Shown here one piece after another: positions 39,628 to 50,192 of a stretch of 64,000 bases of DNA. The DNA is from Macrostomum lignano (lineage: Eukaryota), in contig NIVC01000386.1 in the NCBI GenBank assembly GCA_002269645.1, positions 248,001 to 312,000 on the forward strand, written 5' to 3'. A program made the translations under genes and the position numbers. Every line of letters starts with the position of its first letter. The stretch's first letter is position 1. The notes under the pieces were generated by a model. It was given only the letters and a program-made list of their open reading frames with translations. It was not told where the DNA came from and searched no databases.

Positions 39628-41163
39628 CACGGATTAAAATGATAGATAAAATTGCATGTATATTCTCGCCGTGAAATCAAACATGTGCGATGGAGCCCAA
39701 ACGTCAAGATTCGAGTGGATATGCTATAGCATGTCACAGTTTCTGATGCAGAGAGAGTATAGCACGCTAGAGCCATCAAAAGATGTAATTATGTGCATCT
39801 CTTCCGTATGTTAACAGTATAGTGTCTGCAGATGAAAACTGAAAATCCAAGGCCAATAACTACTGCTGCCAATCCATCAAAGCTGCGTTGTGCAAGTACA
39901 ATAAAATTGTGGGTCGTGGATTGCTCCATAAAGCCTCGCCCTCACTGCACATGGTATATCTGGCATTTCGTAGAGGATCAGGCAGTTCATTCCGCATGTA
40001 TTTACATGGCACTCACAATATTGCATCAGCACTAATAAAGCTGTTCCATGCAATCGAGTTGGAGAGCCAATCCTTCAGATTTTGCAACTGCAGCGTAAAT
40101 CCGTTGTGTGAACCCAAATTACAGCGTACATATAGTTTTAAAATAGAGTATTTCTGTTTCGATTAATTCTAATTAAAATCCTTGAATTTTTGCGTATTGT
40201 ACCTTTAATGTAACCTCTAGTGTACCTTGGCGCATGTAGTCCAGCAGCTCAACTGCCGTAGAACGAATTCGGAGAATGTATTACGCGAGTGTATTTACGC
40301 ACGTGACAGTAAGAATCTGTTTATGCATATTGTAAACATGACCCGGGCATCCATCCTATCGACACAGCCAATGCAATCAAATCAACGGCATATGATGAGA
40401 GCTGCTATTTGTATTCATTAGCAAACCATAACATCAAATGTAAAATTAGTGTCATGACTCACGCCAGTAATGGATGGCAAGCATTTTCATCGGCCTTCAA
40501 CAACACTGCATGCAGTGTGCGCGCCATTTTCCTGACCAGCAATTCCTATTCGCGTAATGCATACTGCTTAATTCCTTCATGTAGGCATGGTGTACTGTAA
40601 GTAGCACTACAGGGGCTTAAGGAAATATGATTACAGGTTTGGTTCAAACACCCAATGATTTATTATGCATCTTCACTTATGACCGACTGTGGCACTAGCC
40701 GGCTGCAACTCATCTGTGCTTAAAGCTTATATTTATAACAAACCTCTTTGTTACAGTGGGCATGGCAGTATTGCCTGCGCAGCGTATGTACAGAGACACG
40801 ACACTGCAGGATGAAATTCAGACTAATTAATATATCAGCTTTCAGACTGGAAAGATTAATAAAATGTTAAATAATAAAACTTGCTAACCATGTACTTAAG
40901 AGACAATTATAATCTAAAATATGAGTGCGCAGTCAGGTTGACTAATTACATGTATGCAGCCTTCGAGAATCGGGCTTCCGAAAGAAGAATAGCATGTAGC
41001 ATTCGAGAACTAGGAACAGACACGGAGCAGTCTAACAGAAACCGGCAGCTAATAATAGGGGCTGAAATAATATTCACCTGGCTAATAATAAAGTCCGTAC
41101 TCTGTGCAGACAGCGAACATTGCTGGGCAATGCATTGCCCGAAAATCCCATGGACACCTCGGC

Positions 41164-44100
41164 TTAGGCTGGGGGCAGCAGCTTGGCCAGGAACTCCTTC
41201 ACGTCCGACATTTCCTGCGATGCGATCGATGGGGACACGGGATCCTGGTGATTGCGATGGCTGACAGAAAGCTGACACACTGAAAGTGCACATGAGACAC
41301 CCCACACTCACCAGCCTGCAATGTGCATGAGACACCCCACACTCACCAGCCTGCAGTGTGCATGAGACACCCCACACTCACCAGCCTGCAGTGTGCATGA
41401 GACACCCCACACTCACCAGCCTGCAGTGTGCATGAGACACCCCACACTCACCAGCCTGCAGTGGGCATGAGACACCCCACACTCACCAGCCTGCAGTGTG
41501 CATGAGACACCCCACACTCACCAGCCTGCAGTGGGCATGAGACACCCCACACTCACCAGCCTGCAGTGTGCATGAGACACCCCACACTCACCTGTCTGCA
41601 GTGTGCATGAGACACGCCACACTCACCAGCCTGCAGTGTGCATGAGACACCCCACACTCACCTGTCTGCAGTGTGCATGAGACACGCCACACTCACCAGC
41701 CTGCAGTGGGCATGAGACACCCCACACTCACCAGCCTGCAGTGTGCATGAGACACCCCACACTCACCAGCCTGCAGTGTGCATGAGACACCCCACACTCA
41801 CCAGCCTGCATACATGAGCACCCAGTGTGAGCACAACATGCAGACAATAAAATGTCTGCCTGACTGAAGCCAACAGCATTGAGCTTGGGCCAGACCTCCA
41901 TAAGAAATCAAGATCAAAAGAGCTCAGGTTCAATAATCAATATTATGCCCGCATATTTCCCTCACACACGGCTTGAGCATCATGCTGCAATTCAGGCGTG
42001 CATGGCTGCATCTAAAATCAGTTTCTCAAGCCTTAGGTAATAAAAATAGAAAAAGTTGCCTCATTTTTGGCTTGAAACGCCCGCCCAGTGCAGTTGTTAG
42101 AATATAGAGGCTTATGAACTGGCCCAAAAGTGACTGGGAGAGGGTGGCAGCGGCCCACAAGTGACTGGGAGGGTGGCAGCGGCCCACAAGTGACTGGGAG
42201 GGTGGCAGCGGCCCACTGAGTGACTGGGAGGGGATGGCAGCAGCCCACTGAGTGACTGGGAGGGGATGGCAGCAGCCCACTGAGTGACTGGGAGGGGATG
42301 GCAGCAGCCCACTGAGTGACTGGGAGGGGATGGCAGCAGCCCACTGAGTGACTGGGAGGGGATGGCAGCAGCCCACTGAGTGACTGGGAGGGGATAGCAG
42401 CAGCCCACTGAGTGACTGGGAGGGGGAGGGGGAGACCATAAATGTTCGAAGACCGATCTTCATCAAACATTTATGAAGCTGTACAGATAACTATAGGGAC
42501 TGTTCGGCACAAATCTCTGTTATCAAGACATCTACAAGGACCTGAGAAGCAACTCATGTCAATCCTGGCGGCTCACCTGGTCAGAGGACGAGTGCATGAG
42601 CCCCGGGTAGGACTTGAACTGAGCCTCGCCCACGCCCATCTGCTTGATCAGCTTGTGCGTCATGTCGCCCATGACGAACGGCACCATCTGGTCGCTGTCG
42701 CCGTGGCCTTGGAAAACCTGCGGCTTGTTGACCACCTGGCCGGGACTGGACAGCAGCTTCTGGTGCATCGGCAGCCAGCTGGATAGCGCCACGACCCCGG
42801 CCGGGCTAACCTTCGTGCTGGTCAGGCCGGTGTACAGCGCCAGAGCGCCGCCCATGGAGAAGCCGCCGATGGCCAACCGGCTGGAGGGGATGCCGGCCGC
42901 CGTCTCCTCGGCGATGAGCTTCTCCACCATGTCGCGGCCGCGCTCGATGCCAACTTCGTCCTGCTCGGCATTGGGGCTGAGGCCGCGGATGTCGAACCAG
43001 GCCGGCATCCGCATGCCGCCGTTCAGCGTCACCGGGATGGCGGGCGCGTGCGGGCAGACCAGCTTGCAGTAGGCCGGCACCACCTCCTGCAGAATGGAGG
43101 CCCAGCCATGGCCGGTGTCGCCAAGGCCATGCAGAAAGATCAGCTGATTCGGGGAGGGTGACAGGTTAGTAAGCTCGAGTTGAATTGAGCTGAGCTGGTT
43201 GGATATATCCAAGTTGGAACACAGCTTGAGCTGGTGACCTAAAGACTGACCTGCCTGACATGTACCTTAAGTTGCCTGACCTACAGCCTAAGCTGCCTGA
43301 CCTACAACCTTAGCTGCCTGACCTACAGCCTAAGCTGCCTGACCTACAACCTTAGCTGCCTGACCTACAACCTTAGCTGCCTGACCTACAACCTTAGCTG
43401 CCTGACCTACAACCTTAGCTGCCTGACCTACAACCTTAGCTGCCTGACCTACAACCTTAGCTGCCTGACCTACAGCCTAAGCTGCCTGACCTACAACCTT
43501 AGCTGCCTGACCTACAGCCTAAGCTGCCTGACCTACAACCTTAGCTGCCTGACCTACAACCTTAGCTGCCTGACCTACAACCTTAGCTGCCTGACCTACA
43601 GCCTAAGCTGCCTGACCTACAGCCTAAGATGCCAGACCTACAACCTTAGCTGCCTGACCTACAGCCTAAGCTGTCTGACCTACAACCTTAGCTGCCTGAC
43701 CTACAGCCTAAGCTGCCTGACCTACAGCCTAAGCTGCCTGACCTACAATCTTAGCTGCCTGACCTACAACCTTAGCTGCCTGACCTACAACCTTAGCTGC
43801 CTGACCTACAACCTTAGCTGCCTGACCTACAACCTTAGCTGCCTGACCTACAACCTTAGCTGCCTGACCTACAGCCTAAGCTGCCTGACCTACAGCCTAA
43901 GATGCCTGACCTACAACCTTAGCTGCCTGACCTACAGCCTAAGCTGCCTGACCTACAACCTTAGCTGCCTGACCTACAGCCTAAGCTGCCTGACCTACAG
44001 CCTAAGCTGCCTGACCTACAATCTTAGCTGCCTGACCTACAACCTTAGCTGCCTGACCTACAACCTTAGCTGCCTGACCTACAACCTTAGCTGCCTGACC

Positions 44101-47100
44101 TACAGCCTAAGCTGCCTGACCTACAGCCTAAGCTGCCTGACCTACAATCTTAGCTGCCTGACCTACAACCTTAGCTGCCTGACCTACAACCTTAGCTGCC
44201 TGACCTACAGCCTAAGCTGCCTGACCTACAACCTTAGCTGCCTGACCTACAGCCTAAGCTGCCTGACCTACAACCTTAGCTGCCTGACCTACAGCCTAAG
44301 CTGCCTGACCTACAACCTTAGCTGCCTGACCTACAGCCTAAGCTGCCTGACCTACAACCTTAGCTGCCTGACCTACAACCTTAGCTGCCTGACCTACAGC
44401 CTAAGCTGCCTGACCTACAACCTTAGCTGCCTGACCTACAACCTTAGCTGCCTGACCTACAACCTTAGCTGCCTGACCTACAGCCTAAGCTGCCTGACCT
44501 ACAGCCTAAGATGCCAGACCTACAACCTTAGCTGCCTGACCTACAGCCTAAGCTGTCTGACCTACAACCTTAGCTGCCTGACCTACAGCCTAAGCTGCCT
44601 GACCTACAGCCTAAGCTGCCTGACCTACAATCTTAGCTGCCTGACCTACAACCTTAGCTGCCTGACCTACAACCTTAGCTGCCTGACCTACAACCTTAGC
44701 TGCCTGACCTACAACCTTAGCTGCCTGACCTACAACCTTAGCTGCCTGACCTACAGCCTAAGCTGCCTGACCTACAGCCTAAGATGCCTGACCTACAACC
44801 TTAGCTGCCTGACCTACAGCCTAAGCTGCCTGACCTACAACCTTAGCTGCCTGACCTACAGCCTAAGCTGCCTGACCTACAGCCTAAGCTGCCTGACCTA
44901 CAATCTTAGCTGCCTGACCTACAACCTTAGCTGCCTGACCTACAACCTTAGCTGCCTGACCTACAACCTTAGCTGCCTGACCTACAGCCTAAGCTGCCTG
45001 ACCTACAATCTTAGCTGCCTGACCTACAACCTTAGCTGCCTGACCTACAACCTTAGCTGCCTGACCTACAACCTTAGCTGCCTGACCTACAACCTTAGCT
45101 GCCTGACCTACAACCTTAGCTGCCTGACCTACAACCTTAGCTGCCTGACCTACAACCTTAGCTGCCTGACCTACAGCCTAGGCCTATGCTGCTTGACCTA
45201 CAATCCAAGCTGACTGACTTAAAACCTGACTAAACTTGAGGTGCCTAACCTACAAATTAAGCTAGTAACATACCAGCTTAGTAAAACCTATGTTGATTAA
45301 CATACAACCCAAGTTGTCTAAACCACAACCTATAATATAGACAACAGAATAATAAAAGACTATAATAAATTAATAAAATATTGTTTATAAAGGCAAACCT
45401 AGTATCAAATCAGTTTTTTTCAGTGCAAGCTCTGCTGATTATTTAATCTAAACCACAGCATTATTCTTAACCAGAATAGTCTCTTCATATATGACTTATA
45501 ATTAAAAAAGAATGTTAAAAATCTTTAATCCATAGTGTAAAAGGATCTCTATGTATGATAGATAATAAAGTAAATTTCAGTTTGACTCTTATATGACAAT
45601 ACAACAATAGTCAAATAATTTTACTTTAAAAAATATTACAACTCTACAAGTAATGTAAATAGTAGTAATATAACCACTCATTCATTTAGAAAGTCTTGTT
45701 GGGATTGTGAACTTGTGAATACATATAATGTACGATAGCATGACCAATATATATAACCCTATTGGAATAAGTTGACAAAATATGGACAACAATCTGTCAC
45801 ATTTTCAGATTCTCCTGGTATTGCGTCGCGTGACAGTGGTGTCAAGTGGTGTGTTGCATTGCGCGACAGTGCTGACAGTGCGCGGCACTGTGGCAACCTA
45901 GTGTTGTCATGTGTCATGTTGTGCGACATAACAATATGGTAACTTGGCGGCTAGTCTTGTCATATGTTGCATTGCGGCCTGGATCTGCAGCCAAAACCTT
46001 GCAAATTGCATTTCATTTTAATCTGTTCACGATTGTTTCTTGGTATTTAAATGTTTCAAACATTTTTGATAATAACTAGTTCTTGAATTGTTTTTTTTAT
46101 TTTGACAATATAGTAACTAATACTTTAAATATAATTTTTAGAAATGTTACTTGTCAGTTACAATGTGTGCTGTTTTTCTAATTGCTGTACCTTAGTTGTT
46201 TTACTTTTTATTGTTTTTAAATTTCATTTCTTTTTCTGTGAAATTGAAAGGAATACTCTCGTCCCCTGCCCCATGGTCTCGGGGCTAGGACAACTAGTTG
46301 GGCAATGTGCAATATGGCTGCTGTGGCATTCTCCCCCCCCCCTTTCCTAGTCATTCGGTCAACAGACATTGGTGTCGCATCGCCGCATCGCCCCCTCCCC
46401 TAGTCAACAAAATGTGTGTTGCATCGCACTTTTGAGGGCACAATTTTGGCACCCATGTCGCGCGTCCATAGATTTTTGAAATTTTTTCCAATAGGGCATA
46501 TATAATAATACAATAGGTACAACAAAAGGGCCCTTGCAAAAATGACTGATGTATGATATATACAATGGCCAGCCTCAGAGTAAAATGAAAATTTCCATTG
46601 TACAACCATCCCTCTACACAGTACACTATGGTCTATAATCTATTCTTTATATTAAATGCTTAGTTTTGCTCAAATTTTTATATAGGCCTACTAATAATAA
46701 TAATAGTAGGCCCTAATCCAACAATCTTTTTAATCTAAAATCTAATAAATAGCTTGTCTTGAAAAAAACCTTTTAGTAAATAATGTAGATGGTGTTATTT
46801 TCGTTGGTAATTAAAAATTGTAACTGATAAAATGCATGCATAATCTAATTAATACTAAAGTTGTATTTAATATAGTTTTTGCCTATAAAAATAATTTTGC
46901 CATGATTAGACAAAACTTTAACGCATATAAAAGTCCCCACATATCATACCACTACTCTAATAATAAACAAACAGCATTTAAAACATTTAACGTGACTAAA
47001 ACGGACTAGTCATTGTCACTGCCACTGCCACTGCCGCGAGCCCACTCTGCACTGATACCGACAAATCTAAAAAATTTTGTTACTAAAATTACAAAGAATA

Positions 47101-47151
47101 AAGACTCACCGTAGCAGTGTGTACAGTTGGTTTAATAACTACAGCCGCCAT
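41164..47151 (-). CDS. LYPLA1: Acyl-protein thioesterase / lysophospholipase (APT1/2), 219 aa, 3 exons
   Basis: Exons 47110-47151 (MAAVVIKPTVHTAT), 42577-43143 (LIFLHGLGDTGHGW..GGFSMGG..GHGDSD..HSSSDQ) and 41164-41214 (EMSDVKEFLAKLLPPA*). All introns are phase 0, GT-AG. Ser-Asp-His triad motifs are present. LYPLA1 vs LYPLA2 cannot be resolved. Confidence 0.92.
41285..41815. repeat. 35-bp minisatellite (CATGAGACACCCCACACTCACCAGCCTGCAGTGTG) in LYPLA intron 2
   Basis: Visible tandem units. Confidence 0.95.
42128..42425. repeat. 32-bp minisatellite (GTGACTGGGAGGGGATGGCAGCAGCCCACTGA) in LYPLA intron 2
   Basis: 32-aa periodic ORFs. Confidence 0.9.
43245..45200. repeat. 21-bp minisatellite (CTGACCTACAACCTTAGCTGC / CTGACCTACAGCCTAAGCTGC), ~93 units, in LYPLA intron 1
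   Basis: Two linked unit variants; 882-bp higher-order duplication. Confidence 0.95.
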
Positions 47152-50100
47152 ATCGTCACCTCTTTGCTGTCCTCGAAGCATAAAACAATTTCCCATAGAC
47201 TTGAATTAATCGCCCGCAATGATACTTGTTACTATTTCTTATAAAAAATACAAAGTCAAAAAACTTTTCTAGTCTTTTTCATTTTCTGTCGCCCTATATT
47301 AATTTTTAAACACACATAATTTTAAAGTGCACAATATTAACTTTTTTGCAAAAAAACTATTTAATAAAAAAAGAAATAATTTGTTGTTTTTTTCTGTTTA
47401 ATTTATCGCGCTTTAAGCCAGCTTTTTCTTCGAAGAATTTTATTCTTTGATTCGGGCCTGATTTATCAAGATAAAAATTTACCTATTAAGTTTCAGACGC
47501 CAAATATTTTTTATTTAGCACATATTTTGGTATTTTGTGGACCTGCATGCATAGTTTGTTTATTAATTATTTAGTAAAGCTAATGATAAATTTACCTAAA
47601 TAAGTTGCACTTAATAGTTTCGCGCCAGTTTCAGTTTGCAGGCTTGCGCAAAAAAATATTTGGCAATCCTGAGGATTCCCGCGTTTAAATATTTTACGGA
47701 ATTATTTCGCACTCTGTTCAAGGGTGGTGGGGGTGGCGGTTATAATTAAACGCGGGAATCTTCAGGATAACCAAATATTTTAGCTTAGCAGCATTAGTTC
47801 TAAAATAAAATTTTAGCAACTAGTTACATCAAAATATGTTTTCCCAGGAAATGGAACATAAATACTAAAAAGAGAGGGGCACAAAGAAGCTTCAATTCAA
47901 ATCCTTGCTACTGATTTTTTGCTAGATTTATCATGGCTCCATAGTCAGGATCATGGCACCTGCGCCGGAATAAATCCTATCAAAAAAGTTTGCTTGCGCC
48001 ATGCGTTGGAACTATTTATATAAAAAAGTTTGCTTGAGCTATGTACCACAACATTTTGAAAAAAAGCAAAAATCTGTAATTTTCTGTTTGAAAAATACTA
48101 GTAAAACTTGTATTTGAAATATTGAATCTGCTTCATAGAAAATGCAATATTGAAATAAATTAATTAAAAAGCTGTCAATACACTGGCAAACAAAAAGTGC
48201 TAATAAAAATAAATAGTATGCCAATTTTCTATCAGAAAAAATATTGTCTTGTCAGAAGTTTTTTTCTTACACCAATTTCCAAATTGTGCCAATTTTTTGT
48301 CTTGTGTTGTACTGGGCAGATTTTTCTTCCTTGCCTGCTGTTATGCCAGAATGCACAAGCACAGTGCATGTCCAACCCCTTTTTGTGCCAGAATTTTCCC
48401 TTAAAAAGGCTATCTTCCTGACTATGGTAACATGGCTAGCAGACATCTTGTAGCCCTGAGTTTTATTGTTTAGTTCCAAATTTTCTTTGCAATATTGCCA
48501 TCTTGACCAACTAGAATACCACTCTTTTTAGCTCAGTGGTGAGTGGCAAGACATCTAATAGTCAATGATCAGGTTGCTGACAATGTAAGCCTATCATTTT
48601 ATTCTAAACCAGTGCCACTGCAGTGCTTGTCTAGCTAGCGACAGTATCATGCTGATACATCTTCAATGTTGAGCAGGTGATCAGTACGTTGATGGCTTTG
48701 CTTGGCATTGCAATTTGCAAAGATTGCTAGTTGTAGGTTTTAATCTATAAGGACTCATTATTTGAGTCCTAGTGCTGCTAGTCCATAGCTTATTTACTAG
48801 GGTAGGCCTAGTTGCCCTAGTAGTGTAGTAGTCAATTGAGGTGAATGGTAAACCAAGGAAAAGCTGCTCACCAAGTGTAGATGAGCTCATAAACACTTGT
48901 TGATTGGCATAATTTCATTAGGGATATCTGTGCCTAGTACTCATTGACTATCTAAATGAACTAGGAGGCCCTAGTTGGGGCTTAGTTGGGAAGTGAAAAT
49001 ATAGAAGTCATATTTTATATACCAAAAATTTTATCAAGGTTGCACATTGGCCTAGCTAATTGATAGGTGCTAGCATGCTTGGGCATAACCTAGGGATTCA
49101 CCTGGCCATTTCTATTGGCAACACATACATGTAAGTTGCTATTAGACAGAATAGTAATCACGTGACTGCTCTTAGCCAATAGCGACTTACATGTGTATGT
49201 TGCCAATCAAAATGGCTAGGTGATTCCCAAGGTTGCACATGTATGGGTGCTAGGAATAGTAGAGTGTGGCATTCAGAAATGCATGATAACACTAGTTGAG
49301 CCTAAGGAGTATATTTGCGACAACCTTGTTGCCAATTATCACTTATTATACTCTTTTGGGATTTGCATCTTGACAATTAACTGACAAGCTTACAACCAGC
49401 TGCCTAACTAGAAACCACAGTATTGTGAACCACTAGCTGCATTTAGTAAACCCACAAGATGCAACAATTCATATGAATCTTATTAAAGTCACATAGGCTG
49501 ATAGACTAACTAATAAGTTATTAGACTCAACTTAAAATTAACTTTTTATTCATAATCATAGCTTTAATAGTTCAATTCCAGTTATGTTTTGTCATTAGAA
49601 ATGAATTTTCATATAAATTTGAGTTTAGTGAATGATTTTTAAAGATTTCCATAAGGCCTATATATGAAAATGCAGAGTGTAAAATGACTAAATCAAAATA
49701 TATATAGTCTTATTATGCTTATTCCACTGGTGAATGAGCAAATAAACAAGTGAACCTGAGGTCCTACCAGGGAGAGAGACAAAGAGCAATGAGATAGTTA
49801 CAAACACAATAAGAGAAAGTATGCTGACAGTTGAGAAATGCCAAAATGAGAGAGATTTAGATTATTTTTGAGCTTCTAAAAGCTTGAGCTTTTGAGCTTC
49901 TAAGTAATAGTAGGTTCACTAGGGTGTTCCATTGTCTATGCTCGTATATATAATAAATGATTACTATTTGATATTTGGTAGCAGAGTTTAAATGCTTATT
50001 AAAAATGAAATCTGTAGCTATCAGAAATCAAGAAATCTGGGTGTTGATTCTGACTATTGAAATCCTAGGCTCCCAAGTTTGCCTGATTTGATGTTGTCTG

Positions 50101-50192
50101 ACCCCTATTTATTAGCAGGAGTTTTAACAGTATTTTCATCCCACCTAATCCTGTAATCAACTGACTCCCCCTCCTCCAGCATCAGCTGGGCA

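Noticed and set aside
45860-47055. Weak inverted similarity (CAGTGC..CGCGGCA..TGGCA) suggesting an old element in LYPLA intron 1
   Set aside because: Identity too low and no TSD
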